Shown: positions 35,769-47,449 of the stretch, in pieces
Numbering within the stretch: position 1 is the stretch's first letter
Layout of the letters: each line of letters begins with the position of its first letter
From: Selaginella moellendorffii
Taxonomy: Eukaryota > Plantae > Lycopodiophyta
Length of the DNA stretch: 64,000 bases
Direction: 5' to 3'
NCBI RefSeq assembly: GCF_000143415.4
Contig: NW_003314275.1
Span: 625,955 to 689,954 of the forward strand
Notes under the pieces: generated by a model
Databases searched by the model: none
What the model was told of the DNA's origin: nothing
What the model saw: the letters and a program-made list of their open reading frames with translations, nothing else
Program-made: the position numbers and the translations under genes

Positions 35769-36039
35769 GTTTCAAGACTTTATGTTGGACCCACTTCACC
35801 TTTTTTAGAGTATGCAAAGTTCACAAGGAATATCCTGGAGCATCATTCGTTAATTTACTTGCAAAGACTAGAACATATTTTAGGAAACAACAGGCCAGAA
35901 TCTGTTATTTTAAAACTAAGAACTACTGATTGTAAGAAAAAAATAATTTTGAGTTAAAATAGTAAGTACATCACCAGAAAAAAAATATTGTAAAATTATG
36001 CAATACAAAAATTAGAAAACTCAGTTAAAAAGAAAAGTG

Positions 36040-36811
36040 CTTGTCAAGAACCATAGCATTCCTCTTAGCCACACTTGATTGATTATAGAGTTTTAGATCA
36101 CTCTTGATTTGCTCATAGATTGTTAAACAAGTGTGATTCCTTGTAGGGACGGTGGGATCTTGCTGGACTTTTAGCACTACTGCTTTCTCAAGACTGGAAA
36201 GCTTGTTAGCTGGAGCAAGGAGCAACTGATTGATTGTGATTACAGGGTGCCTCTCACACTTGAGTTGAATACGCATTGAGCATATCCATATTTCCAGGAT
36301 GGCTGCTGTGAAGGTGGCGCAATACTACCCGCCTACGAGTGCGTCAAAACCAGGGGTCTGGAATCTGAGGAAGTCTACCCTTGTGAAGAACTAGGCTACG
36401 TTTCAGACCTTGTGAACCCGTTCGTGGTCGGTGTGATTTCCGCCCAAGCAAGGTGGCCGCCACCATTGCAAACTACTCAACAGTGTCCGAGGACGAGGAC
36501 CAAATCGCTGCCAATCTGGTGAAGAACGTCGAGTGAGTATCTTTTGTTCTCTGGAAAAAATCTGACATTGGGTGGTTTTTGCAGTCGCACTTAAAGGACA
36601 GTTTCTATTCACTTACAAGGTGCGCATTTGCCCTGGGGAGATGGACCATGCAGTGCTGCTTGTTGGCTATGGCACCGAGGATGGTGTGCCCTATTGGACC
36701 CTGAAGAATTCTTGGGCCGATAAGTTTGGTGAAGATGGGTATTTCCGGCTGTGTCGAGGTTTTGGTGCTTGTGACATGAAAGTTACTACTATCTCTGCCT
36801 ATTCTATGTGA
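36040..36811 (+). pseudogene. Papain-family (RD19-like) cysteine protease, 3' (mature) half
   Basis: GSCWTFSTT, (frameshift/deletion) FLKTGKLVS..EQLIDCD, C.GG, GLESEE.YP, DEDQIAANLVK, DHAVLLVGYG, PYW.LKNSW..FGEDGYFRLCRG...C. Confidence 0.85.
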
Positions 36812-36877
36812 AAAGATCGAGTTCCTTAAGTCGATTAATAAGTTTTACAATCCATATTCAAGTCCACGATGAAGATC

Positions 36878-37242
36878 ACAACTGCGCCATGCTCCCTCCA
36901 ATCGAAGCTGGGACCCGGTTTACAACCCGCTAGTACCTTTTACGGAATCCCATGAACCCTAAGAGTTCTTCTGGGGTGAGGTCCTGATTCCATGAATGGC
37001 AGTGGGATCCTAGTGCTGGAGTCTCTTGGCGCGTGCCAGATTCGCTTCAAACACCTTGAGCCGGTGCACGTACTCCTCGCGTTGCCAAACTTGTGCATGA
37101 AGTGTTTGAGGTGGCCTTCCACATCCTCCACTTCTACGTCGTCTATAACCTGTCGAATTCCACCGAGATCCAATCTACTTGTTGACGAGCAATAAATCAC
37201 GCTCGCTAGCAAGACCAAGATGATCACCAGAGCCTTTGCCAT
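36878..37242 (-). pseudogene. Papain-family (RD19-like) cysteine protease, 5' half (signal peptide + I29 prodomain)
   Basis: MAKALVIILVLL.. signal, IRQV, F..KFG, then frameshifted EEYVHRLKVFEANL.RAKR.Q.*DPTAIHGI, DLTPEE, and SFDWREHGAV. Confidence 0.85.
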
Positions 37243-37616
37243 CTTTCTACTTAGGGCTAGAAATCCTTTACGATAGATGGTATTATATACTTCAAATAAG
37301 AGATCCCTTTTTACCGTAAATTTAAAATAATTTTTCTTTCTATAAAATTATTGACAACAAAAAAAGAAAAGGAATCTAGCCGGAATCTCTAGAGACATGG
37401 TAAAGACTCGTCTCCATGGAGGACGCTCGTTCTATATGCGAGATGGGCACTAGCTCTTATAACATGACCGGCAGCAAAGCTCGAGGAGAAGGCTATCCAG
37501 CTTGAGAATTTCTCAAGCTTCTCCTCGACTAGAGTTGAGGAAGGCGCAGTGGCCATCGGTTGTGGATGGAAGCTCAACGTTCTCGACTTGAGGAGATGGA
37601 GCTTACGCATGGTTTC

Positions 37617-38420
37617 ACGACTTGAGCTTGTTGACAGGCAACGCGATGGACTTCATCCCTCTCCATACACTCGTCCGGAAGTTAAACGTCGCGTTATGCT
37701 CGAGGAATTCATTTGCTCTGTAGAAAGCAGGAAGACATTGATCCTATCTTACCAAAAACAAAACGAGAAACTCAAGGGACTTACCAGCGTACGATCAAAG
37801 TCCTGAGCACCTGGCGGCCGTGTACGTAACGACGATGAATACGGGAAAGGAAGATCTCATCGCAGGCATCGTAGTTCTGTTACCTTTCCCTTGGCCATAA
37901 AAGCTTCCACCGTATCACAATTAATACTGGCGGATCATCCTCAATGCATGATGCTGCCACCACCTGTCGGTTCCTTTTCAAGACTTTGAAGCCTTGGATT
38001 GTAATTTGGAGCCTTGGACCGCACCACCAGGTATCACCTAATCACCAACACGAGCGTCCAATTAATCGAAAAGCCAGTGCTCTAAAGAGTTATAACTTAC
38101 GCTCACCAAAAGTCCACCTTTCCGAGTTTGAATTGAACCAAGAAACGCTTTATCGCTTTGCTCGAGTCGAGCGATGGCTGCTGCTGCTGCTGGCTGGCGA
38201 CGGTGGTGCTGGCAGACGACGAGTAATTGTTGATAAATTCCTGGCGAGCGACACCTTCCTTTATCTTCCTCCTGTCCTGGAAACCAAGCAACCATATCTC
38301 ATTCTCTCTCCCGATTCCTGTTCTTACTGTTCTGACTCGTCTCTTCGTCTGATTACCATCGCTATCGTGTCACTGTAATGGCGGTCTCGGTTGATCGTCT
38401 TTCCCTCCAAAACGAAAAAC
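37617..38420 (-). CDS. Hypothetical multi-exon gene of unknown function
   Basis: Exon-like segments bounded by GT/AG sites (…QQQQQPSLDSSKAIKRFLVQFKLGKVDF / GDTWWCGPRLQITIQGF… / …ANEFLEHNATFNFRTSVW…*). No family recognised; start uncertain. Confidence 0.3.
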
Positions 38421-38804
38421 CAGGCCCCTCTCAATCAATCTGTTGCCAGTCCTATGTTCGTGCTGAGACATCGCATTCAGTCGCTTCAGCCATGTCTCCG
38501 TTCCCCCCAACTCTCCATTTTTTAATTCACTGAGAGTCACTGATTCACTGCCCTGTCGAAGTAAACTTCCTTCCCGACCTCTGCTCAGGCTGGCTGATGT
38601 ATACCCCGGCCACCATAACACAACCCAACCGTCCCCGATGAAAATATACCACTACAAATCATTGGTCGGCTTGTCGAAGCAGTGTCCTCTTCTAGCTGCT
38701 TGCAAACTCCAGCTCCGTTTCTACGGGGTGTAGAAGGAGCGTCCTAAGCTAAAACTACTTCGCTGGAACGAAAGCAAAATGAAAGGAAAAAAGCAACTCG
38801 AAAG

Positions 38805-41200
38805 TTACCTCCAACGTCTTGATTTGAAAATGTCCGGAGTTGATGGCCCGTCATCTCTCGAACTGTAGTGAAAGAAACGGGGACTGGCAAGCGTCGAGCC
38901 CAACCTTTTCAGCCCACAGCCCCACGAAGACGACGACGCGGAGCTGCGCTTGCTTGGCTTGAGCAGTTTCTGCAGGTCCTGCTTGATGTGGTTGTAGCCA
39001 GTCCGGAGCTCTAAGAATTGCTCCTTGATCTTTTCGATGTCTTTCTTCAGGGACCTGATGTCTTGGGACGCTGTTTCCCACGTAGCTTCTGAGTAGGGGG
39101 GAGTGACTTGCGTACCACCACCACCGAAAGAGCCATACCCGTATATGTTCTTTAGCTTGAGGTGTTCACTGAAGAGTACCTGAACCACTGTCCTGAGAGG
39201 AAGACGTTCGTTCTGGGAGGCATGCAAGCGAGCCTCGGAAGATAGCCTTTGACAGTCCATAATCCTGCATAGCCTCTTACGATCCTGTTCGGTCGCTGTC
39301 GGATGTGCCTGTAGATAATAAAAAAAACAAAGGGAAAGCAATAAGATTGTATCTTCCAGCAAAATGCCAAACCGAGCAGCTTTTACGAACCTTGAGGTAC
39401 ATGTCGATAGCTCTATACAGTCCGTCGTGACAGGCTCGTGAGTAAACTGGTAAAGCGTCGGCGAGAGCTTGGAACTTGGTCAGTGGCAGCTGAGGATCGT
39501 GTGCAACTTCCGCTAGGTAGCTGTCCAGCAGCTTGGCAACCTTCATCTTGCTCCCGGACGAATGCTCGTTGAGAACCGAGATGGAGGAGCTCTTGTTGTC
39601 GAAACTTAACTTTGCCTTGTCTACGCTCGACGGAGTTTCGGCATCAGGGCTCCGATCCGGACTGGTTTCCTCCTCGTGTGCAAGAAAGTATTCCACTAGC
39701 CTTTGAACGAGGCCGACATCATACCGTGTGTCGGAAACATGGGGAGCGGAAGGAATGAGCAAGTCACCCAGTGTCGCTTGCTCGAGCTGTATGGCGATCC
39801 TCTTCTCCAGCTCAACTTTGCAAGGACCACTCGCGTTTAGCATGCTAGCTATACGGAGCATCTGGAGTAAAAAACCGCAGCTGACCGAGTTCTTCTGTCC
39901 GGGAAGTAGGCCGACCATACTCTCCACTACCAGCTTACTCCTGGCTTGCAGCCAGGTAAAATCCTCCTTGGTCACTATGGCTGGAGAACTTGTAGCAACC
40001 GCACGGCCTGTTTTGCTGGACTCGTGGCATCCGTTGGATAGAGTCGGGATCCACTTGAGAGCGTAGCACATTATCACAGCTCCGACAAGCTCCGACTTCA
40101 TTCCTTTGGCCTTGATCGCCGTGAGAACTTTAGTGAAGTGGTCGATGCACAGCATACAGACGTCCTCGAACCACCAGTCCTGCGGAACCTGCTTCAGTGC
40201 CAAATTGCGCCCGTCTTTCGCAATATAGCTCGAAGGACTGACGAAGTTTTTCTTGCCGCCAGTGATCGTCGGCCAATTGTTGAGCCCCTTTGGATCGGTG
40301 CATGCCTTCCAGGCAATCGACTCGCTGCACCGTCTCACAATCTGCAAGTCCTCTGCCCATGGATGGAGTTTCTCGCAACTCAGCAGCACCGTGAGCGTGT
40401 CTTTCCACGAAGCAAGAACTACCAGTGCCAGAAACGCCTCAGTCTTCGCAATGAGATTGCCTTCTTCGAGCTCTTCTACCATCTCGAGATACTCCGCCGC
40501 ACAACGCAATGCTGCAACGTTGGAAGCGTTAAGGTCGATTGGCATGCCATAGCAGAATCTGGCTGCCAATTCAAATGCTTCGGGGCCGCCGGGGACTCCT
40601 ACGAGTTTAATCTCGTCAGTCTCGGTATCACGAGACTCAAACACAAGCCGGTTGAGTCTACCACTCCTTGAAAGTAGAGGAAACTGCAAGCGAGCGAGCA
40701 GCAAAGTATTTAGTTTCAATAGCAGCAACTCTTAAATTCTCGCCGGTGGGAGATTCAAAAGGCGAGTAGGAAAAAGGAACGTTACTGGCGTATCAACGAG
40801 ACGAACCTTGTGAAGATGAAACTTGAGATCATCGACCTCCACAACCAAATCGCTCTGAAGCTCTGTCGCCACGAACCTGAAGCGACATTTGTGAGCTCGA
40901 GGGGATGGGAAAAAGACCACGAAGGAGAAGAGCTCACTCGCTCGGAAAGGAATGAGAGAGGAAGAACAAAAGAAATTACCACGCTTGGCCTTTCCTCTGG
41001 AAGCTGTTGTGACCAGCAGGAACCGCAGCTTCTTCATCCAGTTTCAGACGGCTCATGCTGAGATACTTGTTGCTCTTCTCATCAGTGACATTTTCAGCAT
41101 TGCTCGGCACCCTGTTGCACGCTCGGCCGCTGATCCGAGCATTGTACACTCCTATCCTCTGCTGTTGCTGTTGCCTTGGAACATTTTCCCTTCTCTTCAT
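38805..41200 (-). CDS. NPH3: NPH3/RPT3/CPT1-type BTB-NPH3 coiled-coil phototropin-interacting protein
   Basis: SDLVVEVDD.KFHLHK/FPLLSRSG, PGGPEAFELAARFCYG, LQIVRRCSESIAWKAC.DPKG, DWWFEDV..L.IDHF..V.TAIK.KGM, ELEKR...QLEQA, DGLYRAID.YLK/AHP, HASQNERLPLR.VVQVLFSE, and C-terminal RRWR. Start codon and last exon uncertain. Confidence 0.9.
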
Positions 41201-41816
41201 GCTTTTTTGAGATCCAACGGAACCAGCCCAGCGCAACAGCACAAAATGGTCTCCCTCTTTCTGCTCAGCACGCTACAAGCCTTAAACTTCGGAGCAAGGC
41301 GTCTATCCACGTGAGCTGTGACGTGCCACTACACGTGTGATGCCCTGCTGGCAATGGTACGACCACCACCACCTAAAAGCACCTATGAAACCGAACCCAC
41401 CGCCGCTTTGTGGTGAAAGATCTCTTGACAAAAAACGTTGTGCCGTTTGAAGGCGTTCACGAAGCTGGAAAATGAGTTCCACCTACGGCAAAAGATGAAG
41501 AGGTAATCCAATTGTCTTGACTTCCAAAAAAGAATTGTCTTTAACTCGTACCTCGGTTAACTTTGGATCTTGAATTCCTGGAGCGAAGACCTGAAAGCGT
41601 CCGCAAGCTTAGGAATAAAACAAAGCAAAGATCCCAAATAACCTGCTTTGTAAACATCTGTTGACTCTTTACAGAACGCATTAGACCCAATGCTTGTCCA
41701 GAAAGTTATTCTTGAGATCGTTGTTTGACATGGCAACAAAAATGCGGCCTTTAGCTGTGAATTACCAAAAAAACGAGCATACCTGGGACTAGAGTAACTA
41801 CAAAAATTATTAAGGA

Positions 41817-42912
41817 TCATATTAGAAGATCGTAATGGTTGCTACCACTGAAGAGTAACCTCACTGGCTTTCTACCCTTGCGCTCTTTGCTCGATTTGCT
41901 GAACTCGCTTCCATATTCCGCGATTGGAATGTAGCCTGTGCCCCAGCGAGCTCCCTGCTTGAGCTGAAAGAAAAGAAACATTACTCCAGTTGTTTGCAAC
42001 CATATTTGCTACCTCGGATTCGGGAATGTATACTGTAATTGGTTGTCCAAGCATCCGTGACAAAACCTGAAGCCAGCCTTGCCATGAGCTTGCCTGACCA
42101 AACACAAGCTTAGCAACTTTACCAGAAGTTCCGAGTCGCCTCCCCAAAAATCTTGTCTCACTATTCTCTGGCAGTATCTGGCAGTTCCAGTTGGAGCAAG
42201 GATGTTGTTTGTTTTCGATCAGTACCTTTTAAGAGACTCGTCCACCGTCACTGAGATAAGAGCGTCTTCATGCTGTCGACGTTCTTGCTCACTTGTACAG
42301 AGTGCCTCTCGCACAGCCATTTTCAGTTGATCTGCGAGAAACGAGCTTTTGAAGGAGAGAAGAAAATTACAAAGTGCTCTTACCAGCCTCTTCCTTCTCC
42401 TCTTTACCGCTCATTCGGACTCCCTTGTTTGCAGCGAGACCTTGCGCCTACTCAAACAAAGAGAACAAATAAAACAGAAAAAGAGAGGTAGCGGTAGACA
42501 CATACAAAGAAAAAGAACGAGAAAGAAATCACTTACCAAAGCTCTAAACATGCATCGTCCATCGCCAGCGATTCGAAACACCGTATAATGCTCGACCTTC
42601 TTCGCGGCTGGAGGAGCCTGCCTGTGGGATAAGTGAGTGTTTTACTGGAAATCGATCCAATGCGGCCGAAATATTCACCTCGTTGCTGAATCCGACCCGA
42701 TCCTAGCAAAAAAGAGCGATCTAGGCTTGAAAAGAGGGCGCTGGATCGCCACGGCGGGGAATGGAGGGCTCAATTGCACTCCGCTTCCACTTTCAACGAT
42801 CTCAAACCAGGCGCCGGGCTCCAGCGCTTTCCCTGAATCCGATCGATTGGATCGATCGAAGCGAAAGCGAGACGAAAGAATGCATACCTGACGAAGCTCT
42901 CTCCTCCGCCAT
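41817..42912 (-). CDS. OTU-domain deubiquitinase (OTU3-like), multi-exon
   Basis: Catalytic GDGRCMFRAL, AQGLA, DQLKMAVREALC, WGGDSELL, VLSRML.QPITVYIPE, IPIAEYG, PVRLLFSG.NHYDLL*. ATG follows a telo-box (tagggttt). Confidence 0.9.
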
Positions 42913-42979
42913 AAACCCTAGCTAAATTTTCCCTTCTGTTAGGGTTCTTCGTTTTAAGGCCGGGATAGTGTTTGCTCAA

Positions 42980-44400
42980 GGAGAGGTGGTGGAAGAAGAA
43001 TCTCAAGCACAGAATGCTCAGCAGTGAAGTGTGCTCCTTGCGATGCAAGGCGCACAGTTTTCCAGCATCAGCAAGTCTTTTCCAGAGATCACGCTCGAGA
43101 TGACAGCCTGTGGGTTTGATGGAGAAAATCACCAACGAAGTCCTTTCGTCGCTCTTCGAGGCTCAAGCTTGCTTCAAAACACGAGTCGATCTAGACGACC
43201 ATCTCTCGAATCTATACCGAGTGATTCCAACTCAAGCGTGTTGATCAGTGACATGTTATGAGAAGTGCTGGGATCCTCTAACCGAGAAGTTCGTGTATGC
43301 GTCAATCCCTGGAACACAAGAACAGAGAAAAGGCTTAAGAACTCGGGTAAAACCTTCCAACTTTGTGTGCTTTCCATTGTCAAGGAGCAGAAGCTCTGAG
43401 ATTTCTAATGCTTTGTCATGTTTCAGAGGTGGAGAACGGATTTCATATCGTACGCACTGAGAGCTGGGTTCCAAGAGCTCATGTTGAGGCAACGCAAGAT
43501 GGAAGGAAGTGTTCGTTAGTGTTTTCATGGTTTGACGATGGCAAGTCTTCCGAAAAACAGGATGAGATCCGAAGATATCTTCCAGGCAGTGTTGAGTGCG
43601 GCAGGGCTGTTGCTCAAGGACTCACGCCCTGTGGATCGGATATATCCATTCGTTTGGGCGGAATCGAAATATAAGTATTCGATCCTGGACGTTTTTGGTT
43701 TCGTGCTTGTCAAACAGGTCGAGTGGACGAGCTTCCATACAGAAGGTACAGTTTTTCATTTTAATAGAACGATGCATTGGTTGTGCATTCACTAGATACC
43801 TTGCCAATGTTGCTGCAATGCGTTCACAGTCATTGGGAGAGATTTCGACCGGACGAATGAGCAGTTCCATATAAAGTTTCGTAATAGTATGTTGCCCGAG
43901 GAAGGGGAGTTCCCTGTAGGCGTGCTGCACTTAAACAATAAGGTAGGCTCTCGCTTCATATCTTTTACGTTGTTTCAATGTTTGCTACAGCTTGGATCCT
44001 TGTAGATCTTTCAGAGGCTGCTGAATTCGTTCAGGGCGTGTTGCGAATATCGATAGGCAACCTTGTCCTAACGTGGAAAGAAGAAAACCTCCAGGTATCT
44101 TTTCATTGTGTTTGGAGCTTTCTCTACATGTTTGGAGCTTTCTAATGTGTTCTTCAGGAGGCTACGAGGTTGCGAAAGCTGTCCATCGCTGCCTGCAGGG
44201 TGTTCCAGTCTGCACGAGTGGAAGCTGAGAGAGTTGCAGCTCATAACATCGTCTGGATCTTACGAGCAATTGAAACAAAAAGGTCCAGAGGAAGATTCCG
44301 AAGTTCTGCGAAAACGAAAGCAGTGGTAATTCCTTTGATTGTATGCTAACATACACTGACTGTTGGTCCAATGCAGCTCATAAGGTGATTGCTGAGGTTC
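42980..44400 (+). CDS. Hypothetical multi-exon gene or pseudogene
   Basis: Coding-like segments separated by short T-rich GT-AG introns; no family recognised. Confidence 0.3.
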
Positions 44401-44481
44401 TCTGAGCAAACAAAAGTTTAGAAAGCTTACCACAAGTTCTTGTCTCTGGCAGTGTAAGACTGTCGTCTGTTTTCATCAAAC

Positions 44482-44700
44482 TTAGAAGTACCATTCGTCC
44501 AGCTTAACCGAGATAAGAGCGCCTACAAGCTGTCTACGTTTTTTCTCGCTTGTGCAAAGTGCCTTTCTTACAGCCATTTTCAATTGATCTGCGAAGACAG
44601 GCTTTGGAAGTGAAAAGAAAATTGCGAGTCTCTCCTCTCTAGATGGTTTGCAGCGAGTCCTTGTGCCTACAAGAAGCGCAGTGATAGCCACACACGCACA
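44482..44700 (-). pseudogene. Partial duplicate of the OTU gene (two exons)
   Basis: AQGLAAN… and DQLKMAVRKALCTSEKKRRQLVGALISVKLDE parallel 42225-42450; early stop, and catalytic exon not recognisable. Confidence 0.75.
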
Positions 44701-44821
44701 AAAAAGAGAGAAAGAAGCTTTAGGATAGAATCACCACATAAGCTCCATTGCACCGGGAATATACCAATTTCACTTGGCGGGACCACGTTAGAACCCTAAT
44801 TTTGAGATTGATCGTGAATGG

Positions 44822-47095
44822 ATGGATACGACCGAATTCCTGGGGCGCGTGAAATCGTGCTCCTCGCTCGCGATGGCGCGCCAGCTCCACCAGCAGATCC
44901 CCTGCAAGCCCAGCGATGGCGCATTCGTGTGGAACAAGCTGATCGAGATGTATGGGCGCTGCGGGAGCGTCACGCACGCCCGCCAGGTCTTCGAGCTCAT
45001 GGGCGATTCTCACGTCCGGGATCTCTTCTCCTGGAGCGCGATCCTCCATGCCTACATTCGAAACGGGCATTTGGAGGAGGCCAAGGCGCTGTTCGATTCC
45101 ATGGATCGCTGGAACGTCGCCGTGTGCACGACGATGATCGTGGGCTTTGCCGCCGCGCGGAAGATCGAGGCGGCGAGAGGGGTTTTCGATTCGATGCCGC
45201 TGCTCGACACCGCCGCGATGAATTCGATGATCTCCGCGTATGCCCAGTGTGGCTGTTTCCAGGAATCGATTGAGCTGTTCGCATCAATCCCCCACAAGGA
45301 TGTGTTCTCGTGGAATGCGATCCTCGCGGCGATCATCAGGGCTCGCCCAATCGCGGAAGCGCGAGAGTTCTTCGCGGCGATGGAGGAGCGAGATCTCGTG
45401 TCGTGGAACCAGATGGTGTCGGCATTCGCGGAGCTGGGCTTCTCGGACGATGCCAGGAGCTCGTTTGATTCCATGCCACTGCACGATCTGGCGTCCTGGA
45501 ACTCGATGCTCGCAGTCGCCGACGGATCAACAGCGCGAGCGCTCTTCCAATCGATGCCCGAGTGGAATCTCTTGTCCTGGAACGGGCTTCTCAGCAACAC
45601 CACCATGGAATCGCTCCCCTCGATCAAAGAGATCTTTGCTCAAATGCCCCGGAGGGATTCCTTCTCCTGGAACGCGATGCTCGCAGCACTTGCCCGCTCT
45701 GGGGAACTCCGCGAAGCCGAAGAGATCTTCGCAAGAATGCCACAGCGCAGCCTCACATCCTTCAACATCATGCTGTCAATTCAATCGATCGATCGCGCGA
45801 AAAAAACCTTCGATTCCATGCCCGAGCGCGATGTGATCTCTTGGACTTCGATGCTCGACGCATATGCCCGGGCTGGGGATCATGCCGGCGCCAAGCGGCT
45901 ATTCGATTCCATCCCCTACCACAACCTGGTGACGTGGAACTCCATGCTCGCCACGTACGCCCACCATCGCCATGTCACCGAGGCCGAGGCCACGTTTCGT
46001 GCCATGCTGTCGGGCTTGCAGCACGACGTCGTGACGTGGAACACGATGCTCTCGCTGTACGTGCAGCTGGGCGACGTGCGCCGGGCCGCGCGGCACTTTG
46101 ACGGCATGCCGCGGCGGAACCTCGTTACGTGGAATGCTCTGATGGCAGCTTACGTGGACGCTGGTGACATGGACCGGGCAAAGCGATTGTTTGGTGCTAT
46201 GCCCGAGAAGGATATTGTGTCGTGGTCTCTCTTGCTATTTCTTGCCGCCACAATGGAATCCATCGAAACCATGGAAGGGATATTCGATCAAATGCCTGAA
46301 AGAAACCTTGTGTCGTGGAACACGATGCTATCTGGCTATGGCGGGAGTGGGCATCTAGAAATGGCGAGACACATCTTTTTAATAATGCCTTCTAGAGACG
46401 TTATTTCTTGGACAGCGTTGTTAACGTCTTACGTGCATGGCCACCTTTTAATGGAAGCGAAGATAGTGTTTGATACCATGCCCATGCACAACGTTGTGAC
46501 GAGGAATGCGTTGCTATCAGCATATGCCCAGAACGGGCATTTGCTGCAATCGCGAAAGTTCTTCGATCAAATGCCCGAGGTTGACGATCCCGTCTCGTGG
46601 AGCGCGATGCTGGCTGGGTACTCCTCCAGCGCTGATTTCTCACAGGCGGCAGTGGAGCTCTTCTGGCGGATGAATCTGGCGGCTGTTCTTCCTGATCAGG
46701 CGTGCTTCCTCTCTATCCTGATCGCTTGCAGCCACGCCGGGAGTGTCAAATCCGCCAGGAGTTTCTTCGGATCCATGGATGTGGACTTCCAGATCGATCG
46801 CACCAAGCAGCACTACTGCTGCGTGATCGACTTGCTCAGCCGGGGCGGCTATCTGGACGACGCGCGAGAGCTCGTCGCGACCATGCCCTTCGATGCCAGT
46901 GCCTATGAGTGGAGCTGTTTGCTTGGGGCTTGCCGCAATGGCGGCCACAATCTTGGCCACGCTCGCGACGCCGCCAAATCGGTTCTAGGCATAGGCGTGG
47001 ATTCTTCCTCCCAATCTTCTTCTTCTTTGTGTTCTTCCCAAGAATCTTACGCCTATGTTCTTCTTAGTAATGCTTTCGCCGAGAGTTTAAACTAG
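44822..47095 (+). CDS. PLS-class PPR protein, S-motif-rich, E domain, no DYW
   Basis: About 20 31-aa repeats (FDSMP.RD.VSWN.ML.AYA), FLSILIACSHAG, HYCCVIDLLSRGG.L..A.EL...MPF, W..LLGACR, YVLLSN. Confidence 0.95.
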   Translation: MDTTEFLGRVKSCSSLAMARQLHQQIPCKPSDGAFVWNKLIEMYGRCGSVTHARQVFELMGDSHVRDLFSWSAILHAYIRNGHLEEAKALFDSMDRWNVAVCTTMIVGFAAARKIEAARGVFDSMPLLDTAAMNSMISAYAQCGCFQESIELFASIPHKDVFSWNAILAAIIRARPIAEAREFFAAMEERDLVSWNQMVSAFAELGFSDDARSSFDSMPLHDLASWNSMLAVADGSTARALFQSMPEWNLLSWNGLLSNTTMESLPSIKEIFAQMPRRDSFSWNAMLAALARSGELREAEEIFARMPQRSLTSFNIMLSIQSIDRAKKTFDSMPERDVISWTSMLDAYARAGDHAGAKRLFDSIPYHNLVTWNSMLATYAHHRHVTEAEATFRAMLSGLQHDVVTWNTMLSLYVQLGDVRRAARHFDGMPRRNLVTWNALMAAYVDAGDMDRAKRLFGAMPEKDIVSWSLLLFLAATMESIETMEGIFDQMPERNLVSWNTMLSGYGGSGHLEMARHIFLIMPSRDVISWTALLTSYVHGHLLMEAKIVFDTMPMHNVVTRNALLSAYAQNGHLLQSRKFFDQMPEVDDPVSWSAMLAGYSSSADFSQAAVELFWRMNLAAVLPDQACFLSILIACSHAGSVKSARSFFGSMDVDFQIDRTKQHYCCVIDLLSRGGYLDDARELVATMPFDASAYEWSCLLGACRNGGHNLGHARDAAKSVLGIGVDSSSQSSSSLCSSQESYAYVLLSNAFAESLN

Positions 47096-47449
47096 CCGCC
47101 ATTGGGCTAGGGTTTTCAAGAGAGCAATGCCGATCCGCGAGGCGCCGGTGGATTATCTGCCGCTCGCCGCCATGGATCGCCATTTCCGAGCTCCAAGGAT
47201 GGAATGCAGGTCGCGTACGTCCCATCGTCTTGCGATCCCGCCCAGGGAAAATCCAGCACTTCAACGGTGTATTCCACGCTTTCGAAGGGATTGGAAGGCT
47301 GAATTCTAGCGGTCGAAAGGCTGGAAACTGGATCGAAGGGTAAGTTGGAAATTTTCTTTCTTTCATGTGCAAACAAAGCATGAATGGCATTTCCTCGAAC
47401 AGGCAACAGGATCGTCTTATATGAGCACTACAAACTTACTTCTTTTGGG

